A model generated the notes under the pieces. The model was not told the origin of the DNA and did no database searches. It saw only the letters and a program-made list of their open reading frames with translations. Both the position numbers and the translations under genes were made by a program. Positions 1-9,143 of a stretch of DNA of 64,000 nt are shown here, one piece after another (position 1 is the first letter of the stretch; each line of letters begins with the position of its first letter). Source of the DNA: Candidatus Versatilivorator sp. (lineage in GTDB: Bacteria > Acidobacteriota > Terriglobia > Versatilivoradales > Versatilivoraceae); NCBI GenBank assembly GCA_965207735.1, contig OZ242296.1, forward strand, positions 1,600,001 to 1,664,000, given 5' to 3'.

Positions 1-1
1 G

Positions 2-838
2 ACGCCAAAGATCTTCTACACCAACGCCTCTTACGAGTACTACGGGAGGGCCGCTTCCCTGATTCATACCAGTCTGGACGGCTCCCGGGATGTGCCGCTG
101 GCCCCGAACACCCGGGTCTACGTCTTCGCCGGCACCCAGCACGGCCCCGCCTCCTTTCCGCCGCGAAGACGGAGCACCGCCAACCTGCCCAACCCGAACG
201 ACTTTCGCTGGCCCATGCGGGCCTTGCTGCTGGCCCTGCAGGCCTGGTTGGCCGAGGACAGGCAACCGCCTCCTTCACAGTATCCCCGCATTTCCCAGGG
301 AGAGCTGGTGCCCCTGGACCGGATGAGCTTCCCCGGGATTCCCGGCGTCCGTCTTCCCGTAAGGATGATGCAGCCCTACCGCCTCGATTACGGCTCCGAT
401 TTCCGAACCAGGGGAATTGTAACCCTGCAGCCCCCCCGGGTGGGAGGAGCCTTCAGACCGCTGGTTCTTCAGGTGGATCGGGACGGCAACGAGCTCGCCG
501 GCATCCGCCTTCCCGTCATCCGGGCGCCCCTGGCCACCTATACCGGGTGGAACCTCCGGCATCCCGACATCGGCTCCCCGGCAGAGCTCTACAGCATGGT
601 GGGGTCCTTCATTCCCTTCCCCGGGACCCGACGGGAACGCCTGCGGGCGGGAGACCCGCGTCTCTCCATCGCCGAGCGCTATTCGAGCCGGGAAGCCTAC
701 CTGCGGCGGATTCGAACCGAGGCCCGGCGCCTGGCTAGGCAGGGCTTTCTCATCGGCAGCGATATCCCGTACGTCGTCCGACAGGCAGGCGAACTGTGGG
801 ACTATCTGAGGAGTAGGCGCCAGCCTGAAACGGATTGA
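2..838 (+). CDS. alpha/beta hydrolase domain-containing protein, 5' truncated by window edge
   Basis: Frame open from base 2 (TPKIFYTNASYEYYGRAASLIHT...AGTQH...QVDRDGNELAGIRLP...ATYTGWN...RLSIAERY), motifs recognised from this hydrolase-like family. Confidence 0.7.
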   Translation, partial: TPKIFYTNASYEYYGRAASLIHTSLDGSRDVPLAPNTRVYVFAGTQHGPASFPPRRRSTANLPNPNDFRWPMRALLLALQAWLAEDRQPPPSQYPRISQGELVPLDRMSFPGIPGVRLPVRMMQPYRLDYGSDFRTRGIVTLQPPRVGGAFRPLVLQVDRDGNELAGIRLPVIRAPLATYTGWNLRHPDIGSPAELYSMVGSFIPFPGTRRERLRAGDPRLSIAERYSSREAYLRRIRTEARRLARQGFLIGSDIPYVVRQAGELWDYLRSRRQPETD

Positions 839-844
839 GGGGTA

Positions 845-912
845 GTCCACGAACGATATCCACGAAGAGGCAGGAAGAACCACTAATGGACACGAATAGA
901 CCCCAATAAACT
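845..912. repeat. degenerate copy of periodic CCACGAA(G/T) intergenic repeat
   Basis: tatccacgaagaggcaggaagaaccactaatggacacgaatagacccc shares the tatccacgaag core with copies at 3929, 5403, 10990 and 53170. Confidence 0.55.
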
Positions 913-918
913 GATGAG

Positions 919-2043
919 ATGAACAACAACACTCCAATTCGATTCGACGCCAACAAGTTCGAGCTCGTTCACCAGGTCGGCGGCATTCGGACGGCCACCT
1001 TCGACTGGCCCGATGCCGGCGGCGCCCCCGGGTGCCGGGTGGCGATGGTGGACACGGGCTCGGGACTGCGTTTCACCGTGGCGCTGGACCGCGGCGGCGA
1101 CATCGTGGAGGCTTTTCATCAGAGTCACAGCCTGGCCTACCTGACCCCCAACGGCTACCGCCCGCCGCGGCAACCACTCCACCGCGACGAGGACTGGCTG
1201 GCCGCCTGGCCGGGGGGACTTCTGACTTCCTGCGGTCCTCGCTACATCGGACCCGGGCGGGAGGAAGACGGCCTCAAGCTGGCCTTGCACGGCCAACACT
1301 CCAACACCCCAGTGGCGCTGCTCGAACTGAAGAACCCCGACCCCGGCCGGGGAGACCTCGACATGCGCTTGGGCCTGACGATTCGAGACACCCAGATGTA
1401 TGGGCCGGTGGTTGAAGTCCGCCGGCAGATCGCCTGCCGGCTGGGTGAGCCCGTGATCCGGCTGCGGGACGAAGTGGCCAACCTCGGAAACTCCACCGTG
1501 GCCCACAACTGGCTTTACCACGTCAACCTGGGGTATCCCCTGCTGGATTCCGGGTCGCAACTGGTTTACGGCGGCAGTGTCAACGGAGGTTGGCAGATGA
1601 ACGCCGACATGTCCATGGCCGACCTCTCCCGATCGGACAGCGACCTCCAAGGCTACCTGACGGTGCCCGAACCGCTCCCGGAACATGCCGCCTGCGGCTC
1701 CCGGGGCTTGCTCCTGGACATCGCCGGCGACGCCCAGGGTCTTGGCCACTGCGGAGTCGTCAACCGGAGGCTCGACCTGGCCGTTGAGCTCTGCTATCCG
1801 GTCCGGCAACTGCCCCGGTTGGCCAACTGACAGCACTACGCCCCCGGCGGTTCCTACGTCTCCGCCCTGGAACCCTTCAGCGGCTCCCTTTGGGGCAAGG
1901 ACCAGGACAGCCATCCCCTGGCCTCCCAGTGGCTGGAGCCGGGTCAGAGCCGCCTTTACGAAGTCGAGATCCGGGTGCATGCCGGCTCCACCGCCATCGA
2001 GGGCTTTCTGGAGAATAGACAACCGCTGGGTTGGGATTTATAG
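919..2043 (+). pseudogene. aldose 1-epimerase-like (DUF4432) protein interrupted by in-frame TGA at 1828-1830
   Basis: DRGGDI, GGLLTSCG, LHG and LYHVNLGYPLL motifs; same frame continues after TGA as QHYAPGGSYVSALEP...LEPGQSRLYEVEI to TAG at 2041-2043. Confidence 0.75.
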
Positions 2044-2068
2044 CCGTCATTCCGGCGGCCATGGCGCC

Positions 2069-3871
2069 ATGAGAATCCAGGGTCTATTGCTTGTTTCCAT
2101 CCTGGCGGTGACCGCAGGCACTGCGGTTGCCGCACCCGACTGGGTCCGCATCGAATCTCCGCACTTTGAGCTTTTTACCAATGCCGGAGAGAGAAGCGGC
2201 CGCCGAACCATTCTCTATTTCGAGCAGGTCAGAGACTTTTTCCTCAAGACAGGCAACGTGGGCAAAGTACCTTCTTCCCCTGTCCGCATCATCCGCTTTC
2301 GTTCCCCCAAAGAATTCAAGCCCTACCGGCCCTTCGAAGCAGCCGCAGCTTTCTATATGTCCAGCCCAAAGCGGGACCTGATTGTGATGGGCACGCCGGG
2401 CCGCCAGACCAAGAACGCAGCCGTTCACGAGTACGTTCACCTGTTGGTGAAACACTCCGGAGCAGAATTGCCCGTTTGGTTGAACGAGGGTCTGGCCGAG
2501 CTCTATTCCACCTTTGAACCTCAAGGAAAGCAGGTGGCGTTTGGCAAGGCCGCTCGCGTCCTCGGGGACAGGCAGTGGCTCCCGTTCCGGGAATTGATAT
2601 CGGCAGATTACAAATCTCCTCATTTTGACGAGAGCGACCGCACCAAGGTCTTCTACGCTCAGAGTTGGGCACTCACCCACATGCTCTGCCTCTCGAATCC
2701 CTATAGCCAACGATTTTCCGACTTTCTGAAAGGGGTCGACGGCGGGACGGGAGAAGAGGCTTTTCGATGGGTATACGGCAAGACTCTCGATGAGGTCGAG
2801 AGCGATTTCAAGCGGTATGTGGTTCAAAAGCGCCTCCCCACTACGGTCTACGAGATTCGCTTGAACCGGTCTGTCGAAAAGCCAAGGGTCCAGCCGGCCA
2901 CCGAGACGGAAGTCAGTCTGGTCAAGGCCGGCCTGCTGGTTGGGCTGAAGAAGCGGGAGCAGGCCCTGGAAATCTACCGGGACCTGGCCCGGCGGCACCC
3001 CGGGGAATGGCGGATTCCGGAAGCGCTCGGCTATCTCGCCGACCATTCGGGAGATGAGGAGTCGGCTCGCCGGCATTTCGCCAGGGCTGTCGAACTGGAG
3101 GCAGCCAATCCGCAGATGTATTACGACTTCGCGCGGCTGCTGCAGGACGCAGATGCCGAACCAGAACGTATCAAGACGGTGTTGCGCCAGGCGATCGCTC
3201 TAAAACCGGACTTTGACAATGCCCACCGATTGTTGGGCTCTATTCTGCTGCTGGAGGGGAAAGCCGGAATGGCCCTGGCCCAGTTGATCCGGGTCGAGCA
3301 GATAAGCCGTGAGGAAGCCGTTCTCCACTACCAGACAGTGGCCCAACTCTACCACCGGTTGGGCAGGCTTGAAGCCGCCCGCCAGGCGGCCGCCCTCTGC
3401 CGCAAGTACGCACGATCCTCAGAGGAAATGGATTTGGCGGAAGAGTTGCTGGAATGGCTCGGTGTCGGGAGCGAGGATGTTCCGGAGGAAGCACCTCCGT
3501 CGTTTGCGGATGCCGGCTCACCCGGGACACCAGCCTCCGCCCCGCACCGGGAGGAATCCGACCGTCCGTTGAATTCCCCGGCCGGTGCAACCGGCACCCA
3601 CATGGCACCGAGCCGGGTGGAAGTGCAGGGATTGTTCTCCAGGCTGGATTGCCTGGGAGAACGGGCCCGACTCCATCTCCGGGTTGAGGGAAAGTCGGTA
3701 GCGCTGGCGATTCTGGACGCGGCTTCCGTGAGAGTTTCGGGTCCGGAGGGCGGCCTGGTGGAGCTGAGCTGCGGCAAGCAGCAGCCCAGGCCGGTGACGG
3801 TTGAGTATGAGCCCGCCGAGGATGCCGACTTCGGGGCGGCGGGCATCGTCAAGATCATTCAGTTCCGGTAG
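2069..3871 (+). CDS. secreted HEXXH (DUF1570/peptidase MA-like) protein with TPR repeats
   Basis: Signal peptide MRIQGLLLVSILAVTAGTAVA; HEYVH and WLNEGLAE zincin motifs, YAQSWAL, helical TPR-like repeats; start moved to ATG 2069. Confidence 0.75.
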   Translation: MRIQGLLLVSILAVTAGTAVAAPDWVRIESPHFELFTNAGERSGRRTILYFEQVRDFFLKTGNVGKVPSSPVRIIRFRSPKEFKPYRPFEAAAAFYMSSPKRDLIVMGTPGRQTKNAAVHEYVHLLVKHSGAELPVWLNEGLAELYSTFEPQGKQVAFGKAARVLGDRQWLPFRELISADYKSPHFDESDRTKVFYAQSWALTHMLCLSNPYSQRFSDFLKGVDGGTGEEAFRWVYGKTLDEVESDFKRYVVQKRLPTTVYEIRLNRSVEKPRVQPATETEVSLVKAGLLVGLKKREQALEIYRDLARRHPGEWRIPEALGYLADHSGDEESARRHFARAVELEAANPQMYYDFARLLQDADAEPERIKTVLRQAIALKPDFDNAHRLLGSILLLEGKAGMALAQLIRVEQISREEAVLHYQTVAQLYHRLGRLEAARQAAALCRKYARSSEEMDLAEELLEWLGVGSEDVPEEAPPSFADAGSPGTPASAPHREESDRPLNSPAGATGTHMAPSRVEVQGLFSRLDCLGERARLHLRVEGKSVALAILDAASVRVSGPEGGLVELSCGKQQPRPVTVEYEPAEDADFGAAGIVKIIQFR

Positions 3872-3887
3872 AGTTTTGTCGTGAGGG

Positions 3888-4074
3888 CTTGTCTGAAACA
3901 ACCGACAAACGACAAAAGAAAAAAGACTTATCCACGAAGGGGCACGAAGAACGACGAAGGGGCACTAAGGCGCTGAGGTTAACCGCGACGGGGTACCAAG
4001 GTCGCGAAGGGTTGATCGATTTCTGATTGTTTCACTCTATGTATGATCCGCACACCAGGGCGGGGGCGGGGCTT
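3888..4074 (+). repeat. dispersed ~180-bp intergenic element, copy A
   Basis: Near-identical to 53129-53300 (+) and 15493-15675 (-): ctgaaacaaccga...cttatccacgaaggggcacgaagaacgacgaagg...cactaaggcgctgaggtt...atcgattt...gtttcac...atgatccg. Confidence 0.9.
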
Positions 4075-4123
4075 ACATGAGCCAACGGAGAATTTTTGGA
4101 TCGGTAGCGAAAGGACGGTACCA

Positions 4124-5395
4124 GTGAAGATATATGGGAACGGAATAAGCGTTGAACGGCGGGCGTTTCTGCGGCGAACGCTGCAGGCAGCGGCCGCAAC
4201 CCAGTTGGGCTGGGCCGCGGCCTGCGGGGGGCCGCAGACCGGTGGTTCAGGGGACGGGGTCTTATCCGAAGGAGACGGGAAACCGGGGTTCCGGTCCACC
4301 GAATGGCTGGGGGGCGTCACCCTTTCTCCCCAGCAGATGCGTGCCATGCAAGCCGGACCCTACATTCTCCATGCTCGCGCCGGGGACTTGAACCGGGTTC
4401 CGGTTGAAAAAGCCCTTCTGCCGCACGACCCCCGGGGACACGTACAGACAGTGGAGCTGGCCATGGCCCCTGACGGAACCATCTATGTCAACCAGAATAC
4501 TCTGATGTGCCGGTCTCGGGATGGCGGGCGAAGCTGGGATGTCAGCCCGCGTCCGGAAAACATGGTCGGCACTTTTCAAATTCTGAGCGACGGGACCTTC
4601 GTTTCCCCCCAAAGCGTGGGAGAAAAAGACCCGTCCGGGATCCTGGTCTGGAGTTCAGCCGATCAGGGCCGGACCTGGAGTCAACTTTCGGAGATCGGAA
4701 ACCCGGCCAAGTGCGACCGTCGCATTCCCGGAACGATTAACCGGCTTCCTGACGACACCCTGGTCCTGCCCGTTGAATCCCGGGCCCACATGATCGATCC
4801 GGCCTATGTCCACTGCTCCTCCGACGGGGGCCGCACCTGGAGCGGACCCACGGGATTCAACACCGAGATCGGTTTCCTGGGAGGCCACTGCTACGAGACC
4901 ATGATCGCGCCCATGGCCTCGGGCAAGCTGGTTGCCGTCATCCGCTATCACGGGGCCGTGGTGCCGCAGTGGCCTCTGGTCGACCCGGGCAGGCGCGCCT
5001 ACTACAAGACGGTCTTCCTGGCGGATTCCGACGACGGCGGCAAGACCTGGAACCGCTTCCGGCCGCTGACCAACTACCACGGGCAGTGCCATGGCTACGG
5101 AGTCGGTCTCTCCGACGGAACCTTCGTGGTGGCCTACGACCACCGTTATCCGCGCGACCTGTCCAGCGGACGGGCCATGATCAGCCGCGACGAGGGGGAA
5201 ACCTGGGAGGACGAGGTCTACTACCTTTACTACGGCGACGGCAGCAGCGGTTTCAGCCAAAGCCTGGCGCTGGACGACGGCATGATTCTCACCGTCGGGG
5301 GGATCACCCACGAACTCGAATCCAGAAGACGCTGGGCAGGGGCCACCGGCAAGTCGGAACTGTGGGCCATCCGCTGGAAACCGGTCCCGGCTTGA
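4124..5395 (+). CDS. sialidase/BNR Asp-box beta-propeller protein, Tat-exported
   Basis: ERRAFL twin-arginine motif; Asp boxes SRDGGRSW, SADQGRTW, SSDGGRTW, SDDGGKTW, SRDEGETW; GTG 4124 start after gaaagga (start uncertain). Confidence 0.8.
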   Translation: MKIYGNGISVERRAFLRRTLQAAAATQLGWAAACGGPQTGGSGDGVLSEGDGKPGFRSTEWLGGVTLSPQQMRAMQAGPYILHARAGDLNRVPVEKALLPHDPRGHVQTVELAMAPDGTIYVNQNTLMCRSRDGGRSWDVSPRPENMVGTFQILSDGTFVSPQSVGEKDPSGILVWSSADQGRTWSQLSEIGNPAKCDRRIPGTINRLPDDTLVLPVESRAHMIDPAYVHCSSDGGRTWSGPTGFNTEIGFLGGHCYETMIAPMASGKLVAVIRYHGAVVPQWPLVDPGRRAYYKTVFLADSDDGGKTWNRFRPLTNYHGQCHGYGVGLSDGTFVVAYDHRYPRDLSSGRAMISRDEGETWEDEVYYLYYGDGSSGFSQSLALDDGMILTVGGITHELESRRRWAGATGKSELWAIRWKPVPA

Positions 5396-5443
5396 AAAGA
5401 GTTATCCACGAAGAGACACGAAGAACGACGAAAGGCCACTTAG
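5394..5443 (+). repeat. partial copy of periodic repeat, interrupted by IS
   Basis: gaaaagagttatccacgaagagacacgaagaacgacgaaaggccac matches the reverse complement of 10954-10999. Confidence 0.8.
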
Positions 5444-7374
5444 CCCGAAGTTCCTCCCATTTTACACCCAAAAAATCGCCTTAAGCCATTTGTTTTCTTG
5501 GGGAAGAGGATTGAGGCGTGTGGAGTGTTGTTCCCATGTATATGATTAGCATTTATCTTGACATGATAGTTGTATGTGATATCGTAGTCCCATGTACGTC
5601 GAAACCGTCCCCAACCGCAACTCTCCCCCTGCCATCCTCCTGCGCGAAGGCCGCCGTGAGGGTAAAAAGGTCCATAAACGCACCCTGGCCAATCTCTCCC
5701 ATTGGCCCAAGGACAAGATCGAGCGCCTCCGGCGCGTGCTCAAGAACGAACCCCTGGTCCATCCCGACCAACTCTTCGCCATCGAACGCTCCCTGCCTCA
5801 TGGCCACGTCGAGTTGCTGCTGGAAGTGGTGCGGCAGCTGAAGCTGCCGGCGCTGATCGATTCCCGACCCTCTCCCCAACGGGACCGGGTCTTGGCCATG
5901 ATCCTGCAGCGTCTGCTCTATCCGGCCTCCAAGCTGGCCACCACCCGTCTTTGGCACACCACCACGTTGGGTGAGGAACTGTCCCTTGAGGACACCGACG
6001 AGGACGATCTCTATGAGGCCATGGACTGGTTGCTGGAGCGTCAGGACCGGATTGAGCGCAAGCTGGCCAAGCGGCACCTGGCGGAAGGGGATGCGGTGCT
6101 CTATGACGTCAGCAGCAGTTACTACGAAGGCCAGACCTGCTCGCTGATGCAGTTCGGCCACAACCGGGACGGCAGGCGGGACCGGCCCATGGTGGTCTAC
6201 GGGGTGCTGGCCGACCAGATGGGGCGGCCGCTGTCGGTGCAGGCCTATGCCGGCAACACGGGGGATCCGACCACGGTGGGGGATCAGGTGGAGAAGGTGC
6301 GGGGTCGGTTTGGTCTGGAGCGGGTGGTGCTGGTGGGGGACCGCGGGCTGCTGACCGAGACGCAGATCAGCCATCTGAAGCGTCATCCGGGAGTGGGGTG
6401 GGTCTCAGCCCTGCGCCACCACCAGATACGCCGTCTGGTGGAGAGCGAGGCGGTTCAGCTCTCCCTGTTCGACGAGCGTCATCTGGCCGAAGTCCGCAGC
6501 CCGGACTATCCGGGCGAGAGGCTCATCGTCTGCCACAACCCGCTGCTGGCCGAGCATCGGCGGCGGAAGCGGGAGGCTTTGCTGACAGCCACCGAGGAGG
6601 CGCTGGCCGGAATCGCCCGCCAGGTGGCCAGACGGACCCGCACGCCCTTGTCGGCGACCGAGATCGCCGAGAAAGTCGGCCGGGTCAAGAACCGCTTCCA
6701 GGTGGCCAAACACTTCCGGACCCAGATCGCAGACGGGTCCTTCCACTATGAACGGCGCACCGACGCCATCATCCGGGAGGCGCAACTGGACGGGTTCTAC
6801 ATGCTGAGGACCAGCGAGCCAGCCGATCGCCTGCCAACAGCCGCGGTGGTGCGCCGCTACAAGGACCTGACGCGGGTGGAGCGGGCCTTCCGCTCCCTCA
6901 AGACCGTCGACCTGCACATCCGCCCCATCCGTCATCGGGTGGAGAGCCGGGTGCGGGCTCATCTGTTCCTGTGCCTGCTGGCCTATTACGTTCAGTGGCA
7001 TCTGCGGCTGGCCCTGGCTCCGTTGCTGTTCGATGACGAGGAGTTGGAAGCGGAACGGGCACGGCGAGACCCGGTGCTGGCGGCCCAGCCGTCGGACTCC
7101 GCCAAACGGAAGAAGAGCAAACGCCTCACCGAGGACGGCTTGCCGCTGCAGAGCCTGGAGACGTTGATGGCGCAGATGGCGACGCGGGCCCGCCACCAGT
7201 GCCGATTGCCCTCCGAACCCGATGGTCCGCGAGTCCAGCGATTGACCGAGCCGACCCCGCTACAGCAAAGGGCCTTCGAGCTCATCAGGATGTTCCCAGG
7301 CAAGACAACCTGAGATTCCTGATTGATGATTGAAGATAAAGGAGTTATCTTGTCGGTGGGTCAGGAACTTCGGG
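5444..7374 (+). mobile_element. IS1634-family insertion sequence
   Basis: 12-bp terminal IRs CCCGAAGTTCCT (5444-5455) and AGGAACTTCGGG (7363-7374), flanked by TTAG at 5440-5443 and 7375-7378; single transposase ORF inside. Confidence 0.88.
5592..7313 (+). CDS. IS1634-family DDE transposase
   Basis: N-terminus MYVETVPNRNSPPAILLRE..R.GKKV.KRTLANLS; DDE motifs LYDVSSSYYEG, VGDRG, VERAFRSLK; HLFLCLLAYYV. Confidence 0.92.
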   Translation: MYVETVPNRNSPPAILLREGRREGKKVHKRTLANLSHWPKDKIERLRRVLKNEPLVHPDQLFAIERSLPHGHVELLLEVVRQLKLPALIDSRPSPQRDRVLAMILQRLLYPASKLATTRLWHTTTLGEELSLEDTDEDDLYEAMDWLLERQDRIERKLAKRHLAEGDAVLYDVSSSYYEGQTCSLMQFGHNRDGRRDRPMVVYGVLADQMGRPLSVQAYAGNTGDPTTVGDQVEKVRGRFGLERVVLVGDRGLLTETQISHLKRHPGVGWVSALRHHQIRRLVESEAVQLSLFDERHLAEVRSPDYPGERLIVCHNPLLAEHRRRKREALLTATEEALAGIARQVARRTRTPLSATEIAEKVGRVKNRFQVAKHFRTQIADGSFHYERRTDAIIREAQLDGFYMLRTSEPADRLPTAAVVRRYKDLTRVERAFRSLKTVDLHIRPIRHRVESRVRAHLFLCLLAYYVQWHLRLALAPLLFDDEELEAERARRDPVLAAQPSDSAKRKKSKRLTEDGLPLQSLETLMAQMATRARHQCRLPSEPDGPRVQRLTEPTPLQQRAFELIRMFPGKTT

Positions 7375-7442
7375 TTAGCGGTTGGAGAAGGCTCACGAGG
7401 GATCCGCCAAAAGTCGGGCAGGGGGATTAGGGGACGTTGCAC

Positions 7443-7581
7443 GCACCAGTGCAGGCCAAGGTGTTCCGGGTGCTCAACATCGACCCCGCCTCAGGTGTTG
7501 CCATAAACAAGGCAGGTTGATTATTAATAAGCTCCTTTCCTACAATCAATTACGTCTATTTTGCTCGTGAAGTTCCGCCAA
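7443..7581 (+). pseudogene. 3' remnant of a second IS1634-like element
   Basis: Translates as APVQAKVFRVLNIDPASGVAINKAG*, resembling the transposase tail PTPLQQRAFELI; followed by an AT-rich tail and gaagttccgc resembling the right IR. Confidence 0.45.
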
Positions 7582-7639
7582 ACGCGCGCAAACGGCGCCG
7601 CTGCCTGTGTCGGAGATCGTCACTCCCGGGACGCCGAGC

Positions 7640-8000
7640 TTGCCCCCCTCCGGATCGACTGCGGGCTTCGCCCTTGTCTCTCCGACTCCCCCTCAAGGGG
7701 GGAGTGATACTTGAGGCCTGTAGAGGCCTTATTGCCCCATTCCTGGGCAGGATGTAAACCATGTTCCCGGTCTAATGTATAAACTCCGCTCCCGCTTCAT
7801 AACGCTGGTATCACTCCCCCCTTGAGGGGGAGTCGCAGAAGTCGAGCCGAATGGCGAAGGCTGATGCGGTGGGGGGTTCGCACAAGGCGAGCCAAAGGCG
7901 AGATCTTGTGCGCCGTAGCGGTAACCGCCGGCGTGCGTCGGTTGCGGTGGGCGAGTCGCAGAAGTCGAGCCGAATGGCGAAGGCTGATGCGGTGGGGGGC
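7640..8000. repeat. REP/BIME-like palindromic cluster
   Basis: Perfect 28-bp inverted pair 7683-7710 / 7808-7835 (each itself a CTCCCCC..GGGGGAG hairpin) and ~47-bp direct repeat at 7830-7876 / 7953-7999. Confidence 0.8.
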
Positions 8001-8038
8001 ATTCGCCTGGCCGCTTAGGACCGCACCGTCCCCACCCC

Positions 8039-9112
8039 TCAGCTCCCGTCAAGTCCCTTGGCCAGCTCTCCCGCCTTAAGGACATCCGCCAGCCGCCTGG
8101 CCAAGGTTAGAAAAGCCTTCACCTCATCCACCCGGGTTGCGAAGCAGGTGACCAATCGATAGTGGTCCCGGCTCCCCGGCCAGAGATGGAACTCGTAGCC
8201 CGACTCCTTCAAGCCATCGGCCAATGGGGGCGGCATCCTGACGAAGACTTCGTTGGCCTCCACCGGATAGAGCACCTCCACGCCGGCCAGCCGGCCAAGA
8301 CCTGCCGAAAGCGCATCCGCCGCCCGGTTGGCCCGCCTGGCCAGTTGCAGCCACAGGTCGTCCTTGAGATAGGTCTCCAGTTGAACCGACATGAAGCGCA
8401 TCTTGCTGAAGAGATGCCCGGCGCGCTTGTGACGGCGAGCCAGGCCCGCGGCCCGGTCGCTGTTGAAGACCACCACCGCCTCGGCAGCCATGGCGCCGTT
8501 CTTGGTGGCCCCGAAGGAAAGGATGTCGACGCCGGCCTTCCAGGTCAGTTCAGCGGGTGTGCAACCCAGTCTTTGCACGGCATTGGCGAGGCGGGCACCA
8601 TCCATGTGCAGCCCCATTCCCCCACCGCGGGCAATCCGGGAAATCTCTCGGATCTCATCCGGCTTGTAGACGGTTCCCAACTCGGTCGCCTGGCTGAGGC
8701 TGACGGCGCTGGGCTGACTCTCATGGATCCCCATCTCCTCCATCTTGGCCAGGGCGGTTTGCAGGGTCCGAGGGCAGATCTTGGCCAGTTCCCCGGACAG
8801 TGGAATCACCTTGGCGCCCCCGCTGTAGAACTCGGGGCCCCCGCACTCGTCGGAATGGAGGTGGGCCTCGTGGTGGCAGAAGACGGCACCGTAGGCGGGC
8901 GCCAGTTGGGCGATGGACAAGGAGTTGGCCGCCGTACCCGTCGCAACCGGGAAGACCTCCAGGTCTGTCTCGAAGGTCTCCCGAAAGCGTTCTCTCATCC
9001 CGGAAGTCATCCCGTCCTCTCCATAGGCATAGGCGTGACCTGAGTTGGCCTCCTGAACAGCCGCCAGGATTTCGGGCGCCGCCGGCGATTCGTTGTCACT
9101 GCGAAAATTCAT
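8039..9112 (-). CDS. ltaE: low-specificity L-threonine aldolase (PLP, beta-eliminating lyase family)
   Basis: MNFRSDN, TGTAAN, QATELGTVY, LHMDGARLANA, SFGATKNG (PLP lysine), SKMRF. Confidence 0.9.
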   Translation of the reverse strand: MNFRSDNESPAAPEILAAVQEANSGHAYAYGEDGMTSGMRERFRETFETDLEVFPVATGTAANSLSIAQLAPAYGAVFCHHEAHLHSDECGGPEFYSGGAKVIPLSGELAKICPRTLQTALAKMEEMGIHESQPSAVSLSQATELGTVYKPDEIREISRIARGGGMGLHMDGARLANAVQRLGCTPAELTWKAGVDILSFGATKNGAMAAEAVVVFNSDRAAGLARRHKRAGHLFSKMRFMSVQLETYLKDDLWLQLARRANRAADALSAGLGRLAGVEVLYPVEANEVFVRMPPPLADGLKESGYEFHLWPGSRDHYRLVTCFATRVDEVKAFLTLARRLADVLKAGELAKGLDGS

Positions 9113-9143
9113 CGTGCTCGATCTCCCCTTGCGGTTCCAACAA

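Noticed and set aside
1828-1870. Selenocysteine or genetic-code reassignment of the in-frame TGA
   Set aside because: Context fits Trp rather than Cys; the downstream ggcgg/ccgcc stem is weak in GC-rich DNA; many genes in the window end in TGA
1685-2068. N-terminal extension of the 728-aa ORF
   Set aside because: Overlaps the epimerase-like gene; the signal peptide begins at ATG 2069
7640-8000. Possible CRISPR array (also considered for the periodic repeats)
   Set aside because: Only two direct copies, no regular repeat-spacer series and no cas genes
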